Positions 11,931-24,873 of a stretch of 64,000 nucleotides of DNA are shown piece by piece. The position numbers were made by a program, and so were the translations under genes. Under the pieces are notes generated by a model. The model searched no databases. It worked only from the letters and a program-made list of their open reading frames with translations, and had not been told where the DNA came from. How positions within the stretch are numbered: the first letter of the stretch is position 1; each line of letters starts with the position of its first letter. Source of the DNA: Octopus bimaculoides (lineage: Eukaryota); assembly GCF_001194135.2 (NCBI RefSeq), contig NC_068988.1, forward strand, positions 80,750,185 to 80,814,184, written 5' to 3'.

Positions 11931-13211
11931 CTGTTAGATAAGGCAATCTGTGTGTAGTACATACAGAACCTTGCTTAGGGATTTGTGGCACAGGAAGGAA
12001 ATGTGTGTTTATCGAGTGGCCTACCCCTATTTTATTTCATTATAGACTTTTCATTAATCCTGGGCAATGATAGTGGATTGTGTTGTATCAAGCATTTGTT
12101 TTAAAACATGTAATATCAATTGCTATCACTGAATACAGTTCAGAATATTCTATTTCTCCATGACTACGTCCTCACTAGGTTCAAGAAAAGCTAAAGAAGA
12201 GATAGGGAGAACTACTTACTAGATCACTGAACTAAGGCAGGGGCCAGCAAATAGGTTAATATTGACCCCTGGGGACTGTGGGGCTATCTATGTGGTTGTT
12301 AAACATCTGAAACAATTTTGAGCCTCAAAGTACTGAATTATTAGCAAATTGAACCTGGAAGAGCATGGTAATTTAAGGTAATTTAAAATATTGATGGAAT
12401 AACTAATAATCACCAAACACATATTTCACATTAAATATTCTGACTATATATGACTGAATTTTTATTTTTCTTTATCAATTTCATGGAGTGTTTTCATTAA
12501 ATTTATTTAGATATTTCATATTATGAAGCATTTATGACACAAAGAACAAAGAAATTATTGTTTTTAAATCAACAAAGTTTTTTTTATTTATTCTAATTTT
12601 TAATTTTATGTGAGAGGTCAATATGTCATCAATGATTCTATGGAGTGATTAGCAAAGCTGAGTTCAGAACTTCTCAGTGTTTATTTACTATACTATTAAT
12701 TAAAGATATATTGTTTAAGTTGTATATTGTAAAGAGATGGGTGTCAAGGAAGGGCATTATCTTTGATAAAGGTCATACCATTTAATTTTTCAGGACACCT
12801 TGTCTGCCACTGGCTCTCACCAGGCACCCACCTTTCACCTCTGATTCCATGAATTATCTGTGTGTGATAGTGCACCAATTCCTGGGCAATGGCATTGGCA
12901 GGCTGACTGGATCAGGCTGAGAATAGTTGATGAGTTTTTTAAGAGCTTAGTCCCTATGCATGTGAAGATTGGGTTTTCAGTGGACAGAATAACAATATTC
13001 AGTTACATCTCTGTGGAACACATACCTTGAAATGCAGAGACATTTAGCTTACCCTGGTCATCCTGCTGTAATCCCGGTTTACTTGTGTCAGTCATCTTGG
13101 TCTGCCTTGCTACTGTTCTAAGAAGTCAGAAATGAGAAAGTGAGGCTGGTCATTCAACACAGTCATCCCTCACTAAAATCCAAGTTCAGCTCAAGTCAGG
13201 ACACAAATTTC

Positions 13212-13876
13212 GGATCTATTTTAAAACGGGGGCGCCAGTATTTTCTTAACAAAACACTAACGAAACACTTTGAAACTTGGGACACTGGTAGAATGTATCA
13301 TATAAAACATCTTTTACTCTTAGTCTTCTTAACAAAAAAAAGGAATTCGCAAGTTATTCCATGTTAAAGTTGTCGTATTTCTGTAATTTCAACCAATCAC
13401 TGACGTCTATTCAGCTCAATAGAGTTACTGCTGGGCAGTCATAAAAATGTTATTCCCTGTGACATATTTCATCCGGTTTTATCGTAATTTATACGCATAT
13501 ATTGTTTATATAATAAATTACGCTGTGCGTATCTATGTGTGTAACAATTTTAGAGTTCGGATTCTAGAGTTAGGGTTAGGGTTAGGGTTACGGTTACGGT
13601 TACGGTTAACAGTCTAGTTAGGGTTAGGGTTAGGGTTAGGGGATTAATACGATATACACCGTTACAGCGCTAACTGTTTTCAACTGAATAGATGTCAGTG
13701 ATTAGTAGAAATTATCGAAATAAGACAATTTTTTACATGAAATAAATTCGAATACAAAAATATTTTTCTGTTATATAACACAAAATAGATAAGTATACAA
13801 AGTTTGAAAGTCTTTCCGTACCAAAAACACTGCATAAAACAAATGAAAACTGGCGCCCCCGTTTTAAAATAGATCC
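13212..13876. mobile_element. MITE copy 2: perfect 28-bp TIRs starting GGATCT, 8-bp TSD CAAATTTC, internal TTAGGG arrays (Merlin-like)
   Basis: TIR GGATCTATTTTAAAACGGGGGCGCCAGT at 13212-13239 and 13849-13876; TSD at 13204-13211 and 13877-13884; body homologous to 8221-9072 in opposite orientation. Confidence 0.93.
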
Positions 13877-14829
13877 CAAATTTCTCTCTACAAACAGCAC
13901 CTCTCCCATTGTAGTGGTTGGGATACCACATATGCCTGCAATAATGAAAGAGTCCCATTCCTGTAGTTTCATCACACTGTAGGTGTGGTGTTGGAGGAAG
14001 AAGCCACAACTCTCCAGTCACCTGCACCATTGCATCCTCTTTTGTTGGTAATCTTGTTGTGAGAAGTATTGTTGGTGTATAAGAGGTGGAGTCTAGGTCA
14101 CCTTCTAAAATATAAGGCAAATAAATTTACAAACAAAACTCATTAAATGGACTAGTTGGCCACCTAATTAAGATGTATAACCCTTGACTCCAAATTTACC
14201 CCCCATTCACTCGATCTGACAATCCAAATAAAGGCTTTGAGTATCTGATAAATGTTGTCTTTGAAAACCTGCAGCATTGCCTTGAGCAGTTTAACAAGAG
14301 TTTAGATCATATTGGTGATTAACTGTGACAAAAGGAATTCTGTAAGGGTCATGAGGTGTGAAGCATACAGACCCCTTCAGTAGTATATATACAAACAACC
14401 AAAGGTCTGATCAACACGCTTGATTTATGGGAGAGTAGAGGAGTTCAAATTGATGTCACTCACACAAAGTCACAAGAAAAATGGAAATTAAAAATTGTAG
14501 ACCTTTCAGCCCATTTCACAGGTGTTGTCCCTATGAATTATGGGATGGTGAAATGTTAAAGTGACCCACTTAGTGTTAGGACTATTTAATTAGATTAAGA
14601 CAACTAGAACCAATGACAGCAGATTATTGGATCAATTTACTTGTTTCACTCATGAAACTGAAGCCATACTGGAGCACTTCCTTGAAGAATTTAAGAGGAA
14701 TGAACCAACACATACTTTTTATTCTAGTGTTCTTTTTTACCAAACTGTTATGTTACAGGGATGTAAACACACCAACACCAGGGGTCAAACAGTAGGGGGA
14801 GGGGGAGACAAACACAGACTCTAAGACAG

Positions 14830-15005
14830 ACACTCACATGTGTGTGTGTGTGTGAGTGTGATACCGTCCTTTCAGTTTCCATCTACCAATTCCACTCAAA
14901 AGGCTTTGATTGGCCTGAGGCTATAGTAGAAGACACTTGTGCAAGGTGCCACGCAGTGGGACTGAACTGGAAACCATGTAGTTGGAAGCAAAATTCTTAT
15001 CATAG
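14830..15005 (-). mobile_element. CORE-type tRNA-derived SINE (family A) 5' half
   Basis: Reverse complement of gttcagtcccactgcgtggcaccttg..caagtgtcttctactatagcc; other copies at ~4270-4350, ~23430-23535, ~29650-29830, ~52262-52410, ~54215-54350, ~62790-62870 (minus) and ~15100-15360, ~28310-28510, ~40350-40512, ~41158-41280, ~51665-51935 (plus). Confidence 0.85.
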
Positions 15006-15539
15006 ATAAGAAGTTTGCTATGTATATCACTGATATACATAGGCAATATACTAAATGGCATTTAGGATATTGCCCATGTGTATCAGTATGAATGTAGCAT
15101 GGCCAGATGTTAAAGAAGTTTGCTTCACACTCACAAGCCTCTGGATTCAATCCCACTGTATGGCATTTTGGGTAATGGTAACTCCCCTGGAATCAACCCA
15201 TACCTTGTGAGTGAAACTAGGTTGATAGAAACTGTGAGGAAGCTTGTTAGATGGCTTGTACCTGTTATTCAAAGGTCCAAACACTGTGTCATGCTTATTC
15301 TGTCTGAGAATTATGTTAAGGGTCTATGTGTCAGCAGAATACTCAGAAGTCACTGACATGCTAATTAATTTTATGTAAATCAATTTATGCTAGCTGTTAC
15401 CCATTGCTATGCTGCCAGGTAACAGCCTAGTCAAGATGAAATAGATCTTTCAGCTGCAGCCTACTACAATGATCACATTGATTTGCTCAATAACAACCTT
15501 TTTTTCTTATTGCAACAAATTTTAATTCTATCTTTCATA

Positions 15540-15540
15540 C

Positions 15541-15612
<72 letters not shown>
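15540..15612. repeat. (TC)n microsatellite
   Basis: Direct reading. Confidence 0.95.
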
Positions 15613-15619
<7 letters not shown>

Positions 15620-15829
15620 CTCATCAACAACCTGTCATTTTGTGAAAGCCTTTTTTTAAAGTCTGTGTTGTATTGTCTATATGTTGAAAGACATACAGAA
15701 ATATATATATACACACACACACACACACATAACAGAAGTACACACACACACACACACAAACAACCAAAGAGATAACTATATGTATTATACGTATACATAT
15801 AGTTATTTTTTAAGTCTGTGTTGCGTTGT

Positions 15830-16720
15830 GTTGATAGACTTTCGGTTTTAATCAAAACTTGTTTTTGCATCTCCTTCAGATTTGAAATTTTTCTTTGCAA
15901 AATGTTGTCTAATGCCTGGAAAACATGATAGTCAGTTGATGCAAGGTCTGGTGAATATACTGGATGACAGGGTACTTCCAAGTTCACTTCCTGTTAGTTG
16001 AGTAGTGTTCTTTGTGCAACATGTGGTAGAATATTGTCTTGAAAGAGTATTGGCATGTCTCTATTGACCAATTTCAGTTGTTTAATTGCAAGTTCACTCA
16101 TTTCATCCTCAATTACAGCAGATGTATACATCAGTATACATCCGCTGTAATTGACTTACAAGGTCTCATGAAGCTGACAGACACCATTAGCTTTTTTTGG
16201 TGAATATTCTTTTTTGGATTGTGTTTTGGCACATCGTCTCTATCCACCATGCAGAATGCTGTTATTGTTGAAAAGAACCCATTTTTCATCACATGTAACA
16301 ATACGATGCATAAATGGTTCACTTTTATGCTGTGGCAGCAAACAACAGCAAGTTTCAAGATGATGTGCCATTTGATGCTCATTCAATTCATGTGGTACCC
16401 ACTTGTCCAGCTTCTTTAACTTGCCGATTTGTTTCAGATGGTCTAATACAGTTGAAATCGAAACATCAAACCTTGCTGCTAACTTTCAACATGTGGTTTG
16501 AGATGTATCCACTTCCATTACATTTTCCAGCTCATCATTATCCACCTTGGTCTCAGGTCTACCATGGGGCTGATTTTCAAGAGTAAATTCACCAGACTGG
16601 AATCTCTCAAACCATCTATGTACAGTGTGCTCATTTGCCACATCCTCATCAACACCTCATTGATGTTTCGAGCTGTCTCATCTTTATAAACAACACAAAT
16701 TTTTTTATCTATCCATGGGT
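15830..16720 (-). mobile_element. mariner (DD34D-type) transposase remnant
   Basis: Minus strand gives MHRIVTCDEKWVLF, IHQKKLMV, HPVYSPDLASTDYHVFQALDN; many stops and frameshifts. Confidence 0.85.
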
Positions 16721-17093
16721 TCACAAAAATTGATTTACAAGAGAAAACTCACAATATAATCAGACACCATGAATTGCATTTAAAAAAGTGATGATGTGAC
16801 TCTTTAATGTGGTAAAAAGAAAAAGAATTTTCAGGGTAAAACATTAGAGTTAAGGACTGTGAAACTTGGTGCATAAGAAAATCGGATATTTCATTCTTAA
16901 TGACTTGATATATGTGTGTGTTTGTGTGTGTGTATGCATACATCATCATCATCATCATCATCATCATCGTTTAACGTCCGCTTTCCATGCTAGCATGGGT
17001 TGGACGACTTGACTGAGGACTGGTGAAACCGGATGGCAACACCAGGCTCCAATCTAAATTTGGCAGAGTTTCTACAGCTGGATATCTATCTAA

Positions 17094-17132
<39 letters not shown>

Positions 17133-17140
17133 TGCGTGTG

Positions 17141-17203
<63 letters not shown>

Positions 17204-18151
17204 TTATTTATTTATTTATATATATACAGATATACTCTTACCACACACAAACATTGTTATGCATTTGATAGCCCCCCCCCCTGCCTATATCAGAATGTTA
17301 ATAAGGAGGTGGAGTAAGTATGATGGTGTGGCTGCTGCTACTGATGGTGGTGGTGGTGATGGTGGTACATACATGTGTACTTGCTCCTTTTAACTAATAT
17401 GCAAGTGTAATGGTGGTGGCTGATAGACATGCTCACTTCAATCTGTAGATAATCGTGTGTGTGTGTGTGCGCGCGAGTGCGCACACACACACACACACAC
17501 ACACACTTTTTTTAGTGAAATGTTTCATTAAATGACCTTGATGTAGTTTGTGATCTTTTAGGTTACTATGTTCTGACATAGGCTGATGACTTACTAGTTT
17601 TATTAGATTTTTTCTTTCTCGCTTTTTCTCCTTCTCACTCGCCTCCGCGTACAGAGAAAAATTTAACACATTTAACTTATATTTGATTCCAACTGTATAC
17701 TAATTTGATGGGGGTGGGTAGGAAAGGAGTTTTCTTTTTATAATTTAGATTACACCAATTCTGATGATAGCTCAAAATATCAAAAGCCAAACTGGGTGGT
17801 TATCTTGCCAAATTATGCTCACAAATCTAGCATATATATCCATGTGTGCGTTTTAAATAATACACGCATGCATACATGCATACACACTCAATCATAGACA
17901 GATTGCACTCCATACAACATAGAACAAGTGTCCCTTTACAAGTTTGTTCACCCTATCAAAAATACCTCTCAAATCATGCTCTACTCTCTCAAAAAAGTAT
18001 GGTAGGATACATTAGATAATATACTCTTAGACTCATTATCTGAAAAAGGATGAAGTGTTCATGGCTGGAATGTCATTGATGATAGGTCTGCCTGATCAGA
18101 ACTGACCTGGGACTAAACAACACACATATACACACCCTCAAGATAATGAAA

Positions 18152-18890
18152 AACAAGAACACTCTGAGGGTACAAACCTCTGCCAAGGCAACATCAACAT
18201 CCTCTCAACGATTAGCCAGAGATGATTTTTAAAATGAGAATATTTGATATAAACTTGACTGATCTCACAGGAAAATAATCCAGGATCCTTGTCCAGTACC
18301 TAATCGATCCCAATGGTCATGGAATGTGAAGGTGGGTGTGTAGGACGTCTTTGTTTGAGGCAGAACTAGAAATGCGATTGTCAAGTAGGTAAGAGGTTTG
18401 AAACAGGAGCGATATATTCAAAATTGGTAAAACTAAAAATTGTCGAGGATAAATTAAATTTATTACTGTTACTGAATATGTTAGTGTTATTTAATTTCTG
18501 AATGGTTTTGCTGCCGTTTGTTTATGTAGTTTGATTTCTTTATCCATCAGTTTCTACTAAGATAGAGATGCGAGTAAAATTAATAATAGAGAAACAAAAA
18601 TAAAACTTTGGATACAGCAACACCGACATAATTTATGTGGAGACATGAGCGTGCTTTCAAGGGAGATAATCAGAGAAAGACTTGAAAGTCAATGTAAGAT
18701 TGTAATACTTCATGTGAAGTAAAGTAAATATAAGTAAATAATCCAGAATCCTTGTCCAGTACCAGATCGATCCCAAAATCTACTCAGTTCACGACAGTCA
18801 CAATCCTGCGGTTCTTGAGATATCTTGTCCACGGACAAACAAACACAACTGAATACAATACCTCCGCCTTTGCTAAGGCGGAGGTAATAA
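18152..18890 (-). mobile_element. Helentron-associated non-autonomous element (HINE/DINE-1-like)
   Basis: 12-bp hairpin TACCTCCGCCTT-TGCT-AAGGCGGAGGTA (18859-18886), adjacent acaa/gaca microsatellite, related sub-terminal motif aaacctctgccaagg at the far end, and ~40-bp internal direct repeats at 18273-18313 and 18737-18776. Confidence 0.75.
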
Positions 18891-19249
18891 TGATTTCTTT
18901 TCTTGTGCATGGGGGCTCAAGTTGTTGCAGACAGTATAAAGGCAAAACAACAAACAAGAAACAATAAGGGATCTACATGGAGTAAGATGGATCAACAAAA
19001 AGATAAAAAATAAAAACGCCTTAATAAATAGATAATACAAAATAAAAATACAAAACAAACAAATCTCCTGATCATATCTGCTACACTTCTTTCACTTGAC
19101 TTGGGACAGAGAAGAAAAGTAATGAAAAGTTGACTTGATTCACAGCCAAATCTATCCCACACAATATAACAGTTATTCCATATAAATCTGCAAATCAGCA
19201 ATGCCTGGACACTGAATAAGTTCATTCCTGGTGGATTCAGTTATTGGTA

Positions 19250-19660
19250 GCTCCAGCATAACCATGCTTGTAGGGCTTATTTTGAACAAATAGTAAAGTA
19301 TCATCAGGCATAGTATCCTGGGGCCTTCTTCGTGTGGCTGTTGGTCATAGATAGACCTCTTGGAAAACAGAATCTGTTTCCTTCCCCACTAAATAGCATT
19401 GTAAACTTAGCAGATATTTTTTGAGAAAATGTGTGATAGTCAGGTAATAAGACACTACTGAAGAAATGTAGATGTTTGTCATTTCTACCTGGTCTTTTTG
19501 AGACAGCTTCCTCTCAGGCCATTTCTGAATGAAACTCGCCACCCTGCTCATGACTGCTTCCCAGTTTTATCCATGTGGAGGTCTAGTCTGCATCAGGCCC
19601 CAAACACTTTAGACTCTTAGTCAAGCAGTAGATGCCACTGTACCTCATCCACTTGCCTTC
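19250..19660 (-). mobile_element. L1/Tx1-like LINE ORF2 remnant
   Basis: KVFGA..LDLHMDK and QKWPERKLSQKDQVEMTNIYISSVVSYYLT resemble the post-RT W..R.LS..GR....N......YY region. Confidence 0.55.
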
Positions 19661-19854
19661 CGTAGTTATAAGCCCGCTGAATTGTTCCAGTTAATGTGAG
19701 TTCCCCTTAATCTCCTGATACTTCTCTTAAAACATGGATAGAATGATTAATGGCCTGAATGGTTCTTATTACAGAGTAAGCAACAACAACAATAATACAA
19801 TATGAGTAACCAAGTGAAAGCTGTAAAATGAAGAAAGACTTAATAGGATACATG

Positions 19855-20132
19855 CTCCCGTGGTTTTATGGGTTTTTCCAGGTGTAACCTTTCCTTTTTC
19901 GAAGCGCCTCCCCCTTTGGGAGTTCTATTTATTTATTTGTATATTTATTTATCTATTTATTTGTTATATCTTTCTCCGTTTTCTTCCTCTGTTTAGACGA
20001 ACTTTCCTACCTTTTCGGACAAAACCTTTTGTAACCTTCGTCCTGTCTTTGTCCTTACATGTTTTTAATTGATATTAGCCCTTGTGGCCAATAAAACGAA
20101 TTAATTATTATTATTATTATTATTATTATTTT
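19855..20132 (+). mobile_element. LINE 3' tail remnant ending AATAAA plus (ATT)n
   Basis: ...tagcccttgtggccaataaaacgaattaattattattatt; family not determined. Confidence 0.4.
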
Positions 20133-20139
20133 CATATAT

Positions 20140-20575
20140 GGTGGCAAGCTTCACGAAATGCTTAGCGGTATTTCACCCATCACTACATTCTGAGTTAAAA
20201 TTCTGCTGAGGCCATTCATCCTTTCAGGGTTGATAAATTAAGTACCAGTGAAAAACTGGGTTTGATGGAATCAACTTGTCTCCTCCCCCAAAATGTCAAG
20301 CCTTGTGCCTTTAATAGAAGGGACTATTATTATTATTATTATTATAGAATGTGGCGAGCTAGCAGAATTGTTAGCATGCCAGGCAAAACGCTTAGCAGCA
20401 TTTTGTCTGTCCTTACGTTCTGAGTTCAAATTCCATCTAGGTCAACTTTGCCTTTTATCCTTTTGGGGTTAATGAAAAAAGTACCAGTTATGCACTGGGG
20501 TCGATGTAATCAATTAGCCCCTTCCCCCAAATTTTCAGGCCTTGTGTCCATACTAGAAAGGATTACTATCATTAC
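20140..20575 (+). mobile_element. Two tandem SINE family B copies
   Basis: Heads ggtggcaagct / gtggcgagctagcagaattg (A-box-like) and ctgagttcaaattcc (B-box-like); (ATT)n tails. Confidence 0.85.
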
Positions 20576-20929
20576 AGAATAACAATATAGTGAAAGTGAG
20601 TATAACAGTGCATGTATATTTTAAATGGTTACAGTGACTCTACCCTGATGTAATTGTTTTAGTATCAACACTTGATCCCAGATGACACCAGTTTCTAAAC
20701 AAGTAAAATTCAAGAACACACATCACACATTCACAAGTATTTTATGTGTTAGTCAGCGAAAGAAGAGCAGTAACTGAACTTTCTTGCTGGGTCTCTGACA
20801 TGAAGAGAGAGGTAAGAATGATGTATGAAACTATGATTAATTGGTTGCTGTAGTAGGGAACAGCAATGACAATATCAAATTTTTCTTAAACTGGAGTTAT
20901 AATTAGAATGTTTGAAAAAGAGAAGACAC

Positions 20930-22340
20930 TGCTAAAGGGACACAAGTGATGCACTAGGTCTAATTGTAGACAGTACCTTGGAAGTATTTGGATAAAATCT
21001 TACTTCCATGAAGCTATTCCATTAATGCTGTATTAATAAGTCATCATCTCAGGAAGTCAAATGGTTTTGTGCCAAAAAAGAAACAACTGATTTAGTTTTT
21101 ACTTCATCAACTTTAAAGAAAAGGTCAGAGAGCAAAGCTTTTATCTCTTCATTACTTTCATTGGTCTTATCAAAGCATTCAACAGTGTTAAATGTGATGG
21201 TTTGTGGAAAGTACACTCCAAGATTGGCTGTCCTCCTGATTTTGTGGAAATCATCACATCCTTTCACAATGGAATGTAAAGAACTGTTGCTGAAAATAGA
21301 ATCATGGTTACACCTTTTATTGTGACAAATGTGTCAAGAAAGGCTGTGTTCTTACCCCATCATTATTGAGTACCTACTTCTTGATTATGCCTAATTCAGC
21401 CTTCAAAGAATCTCCAATTGGCTGCATGATTCAGTTTCCAATTGATGGCAACATTCTCAGTCTTCAACAACTTCATGTTAAAACAAAGATATCAGAAGTG
21501 TTTGTGCATGTGCTGCTGCTCTTTGCAGATGATTATTCCTTGTTGCTCATGCTTTTGATATTCAAAGAATTGCAGATTATTTTTGGCTGCTGCAAAGAAC
21601 TTTGATCTCACTGTCAGCATGAAGATTGAAATCATGCTCCAACCCTTACCTAGGCTTGGATCCTTTCTGAATAAACCAGTAATCCTTATTAGTGGAAAGG
21701 TGGTAAAAGTGGTGAAGAATTTTACCTATTTGGGCAGTACAACAATGTCCAATAAACTGACTAAGAATCTCACTGTTTATTCCACAATTGGCCAAACAAG
21801 TACTGCTTTGACAAATCTGTTTTGGTATGATCCAGATATTTCACTGTATATGAAGATTCAGACATATAAACAGTGGTAGTCACAACACTCTTGTTTGGTA
21901 AATCCCCTGTATTACATGCAGATAAAACAATTAGACAGTTTCCTCTTTATTGTATTCATAAAATATCTAAAATCAAGCAGGAGGATATGATATCCAATAC
22001 AGAAGTCCTATCATGCTGAAAAGTCACTGGTATGCAGCCATTATTAATAAGATATCAACTTCACTAAGGTGGTCATTTGACCTGGATTCAAAATGATCGC
22101 ATTCCCAAAGAAGTTTTTTATGACCAGCCTGCTAGAGTTAAGCATTTTGTATGCACACTACAGGAACAGTGTACAGATTCCCTGAGACAAAATCCAAAGA
22201 TGTGTCATACAAATGAAACTGTGATTCAAAGGTTGATTGTGATGGTTCGAGAAATCAAAGCATAAAGAAGTCACTGCATAACTCTTGAATCAAGTTGTGT
22301 TGAAGACCTTGTATAGAAAAGAAGGACTGAAGAATGCATA
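20930..22340 (+). mobile_element. RTE (BovB-like) LINE RT remnant
   Basis: GFCAKKETTDLVF, KAFNSVKCDGLWK, GCPPDFVEIITSFH, GCVLTPSL, LLFADD, VKNFTYLGS, RIPKEVFY. Confidence 0.85.
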
Positions 22341-22489
22341 AACAGACTCAAACTGAATATATTCCTTTGTTTCATGCTCTTTCTTGATGAGGCTGGAATC
22401 ATCGCAGGTTAGTGGTCCCAGAGATGTCATCATGTGTAGACCAGGTCCACCAATGTGGTCCATCACTGGTGGTCCCGTGTCAGTCCCTC

Positions 22490-22660
22490 TTGGTTTAGCC
22501 TCGTTGTGGTGAGGAGGCTTGTGTGTCCCATAGATCCAAGGGAGCACTACAGTCTAGAGCTTTGCTCCTGGTATGGCTACCCTAGGCAGGTCATTCTCCC
22601 AAGGAGATTCCAGACTAATGGTGACCCATGGCATGTTGGCTCATTGCTAAGATGACATCC
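22490..22660 (+). mobile_element. RTE/BovB-like 5' UTR remnant
   Basis: cctcgttgtggtgaggaggcttgtgtgtcccatagatccaagggagc resembles RTE 5' leaders; a related minus-strand copy lies at ~54840-54917. Confidence 0.5.
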
Positions 22661-23640
22661 TCCTCATCCAACCATTCTGTGGAGGCCCAATACCCTCCCA
22701 GAAGAACCCTCAACATGTTACAACACTGACTAGAAGAATATATTCCCCTATAATTTATTTATCTGTTTTTGTTTTTAGCCACCCTGTTATCTGTACTACA
22801 ATTTCTAGTCTTGACAATAACTCTGGCTACAAGAATAAAGATCAACTTGGGAATTGAACCATGTGTCATCAGTTTACCACACAATAAAAATATGCAATTA
22901 CCTATCTCTGCCTACCAAACAATTATCTCAGTATATATACAACTTTGTAACATAGCTATGCTCACCTAGGTACATTTCTGTTTATGCCCATTCTAGAAAA
23001 ATGCCTAATCATAATTTGATCCATAAATGATAATACCTAACATTTCAGGAATATTTACTAAATTATATCTGGAGCTTTTATGCATTTATAAATAATACTT
23101 TGAAATAATGTGTGTGTGTATGCACACGCACGCACGCACACACGCACACACAAGCAAAATATATACATGTGCATAAAAAGAACCAGAAACAAGTCCTACC
23201 TTAATTTTGTCTTGCTGAAATTTGAAAAGACTTGTAAACTAATACAGTAAGCAATAACTTGATATTTTTAAGAGGTCATGCAATCAAAAGTGTGTGTGTG
23301 CGTGTTGTGAGAGAGAGAGATTGCTCACAATAAATTTGACTACTCTCAGTATTTAGTCACCTTCATCAGTTAATGTTCCATTGTTTTTCTTAAACTACCT
23401 TTAAAATGATAACAATTTAACACACACACACACACTGAGTCTATAGTGGAGGACAATTGCCTAATGTACTATGCAGTGGAACTGAATCTGAAACCATGTA
23501 ATTAAGAAGCAATCTCCTCAACCACACAGCTATGCTTGTGCCTATATATAGATATAGGCACAGGCAAATATAGATATGTGTGCGTATGAGTGGACACACA
23601 AATAAAAGGGCACTTGACTCATTTATTGGGAGTTGCATGT

Positions 23641-23789
23641 ATTATTCAAAATAGTTGATTTAGATTCCATGCTACTTCAAGTTTTGAAGCTCCTAACAGA
23701 GCCTGAAGAGATAGGCTCAGTTAGGGGCTTTGTTAGGGGCTTCAAAATTTGAAGTAGCTTGGAATTTGAATCATACTGTTTTGGATAGT
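23641..23789. mobile_element. Short imperfect palindromic element (hairpin MITE-like)
   Basis: Left arm 23641-23704 pairs with 23713-23789; 8-nt loop; 12-bp internal tandem duplication in the right arm. Confidence 0.6.
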
Positions 23790-24006
23790 ATATTATATGT
23801 ATATATATAGATATATATATATATATATATATATGTTTACATCCCTGTAACTTAGCAAATTGGCAAAAGAGAATGATAAAACATGTGCCACTCTTTAAAA
23901 AACAAGATAACTCGCATTAATTTGTTTGACTAAAATCCTTCGAGGCAGTACCCCTGCATGGTTGCAATCCAATGACTGAAACAAGTAAATGATAAAAGAT
24001 AAAAAC

Positions 24007-24057
<51 letters not shown>

Positions 24058-24511
24058 TAATTATCATCATCATCATTACCTTTTAATGTCTTTTCTCCAT
24101 GCTGTCATAAGTTGGATGGTTTGTTAAGGGCTGGCCAGCTGGAGGGCTGCTCAGGCTCCATTTGTCTGTTTTGGTATGATTTCTATGGTTGGATGCCCTT
24201 CTGAACACCAACCACTTTACAAAGTATACTGGGTGCTTTTATGTGGCACTGGCATGGGCGCTTCTATGTGGCACAAGTGCAGGTGCTTTTACATAATACC
24301 AGCACAGGTATTTTTATGTGGCAGGAGCCCACAAAACTAGGATCTCTTGTATAAGAGGGAGATGTAGAAGATGTGCCTGAATGCATGGACAGCCACAATT
24401 TTACTTCTCAAGCACTACAAACTGTCAGAGGCCTCTGTTCCTTCTCATCTCCTTGATAGATTGCTAGCCACTAAACCTTTCTGTTTTCTCTCTCTCTTTA
24501 TTTCTGTGTTC

Positions 24512-24547
24512 CTTTCTGTTGAAGAGCATAGGCTCGAAACATAAAAG
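24512..24547 (+). ncRNA. Variant or decayed minimal hammerhead-like motif in a probable PLE terminal repeat
   Basis: CTTT-CTGTTGAA-GAGC ATAG GCTC-GAAAC-ATA-AAAG: stem I CTTT/AAAG, stem II GAGC/GCTC; core has A6->U and stem III is mismatched. Confidence 0.4.
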
Positions 24548-24823
24548 ACTTTCTCACTTCCCGAGTGTTACACTAATACATCTGTTCATTGTTTACACAC
24601 CCGTCTTCATATTCAGAACATTTTCCCATTATGCACCATTTTGGGTATTTATACTCCCAAACCCTAAATATCTCAATAACTGGTGCCCCGATTTATGCAG
24701 AACTTGTTGCATTCTGTTTGTATTAAGATTTCTGGGTAAAGTTAATTCATAGTATTTTCCCATTGTGCTCCAGTTTGGCTGGGTAACATTTGCAAGCAAG
24801 ATTCAAACTGACTTTTAATGTAT

Positions 24824-24873
<50 letters not shown>

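Noticed and set aside
12794-13140. GC-richer segment after a good acceptor as an exon
   Set aside because: All three plus frames hit stops; more likely an unrecognised decayed element hosting MITE copy 2.
23703-23720. CTGAAGAG at the hairpin centre as a ribozyme core
   Set aside because: No downstream GAAA/NUH; it is simply the loop of the palindrome.
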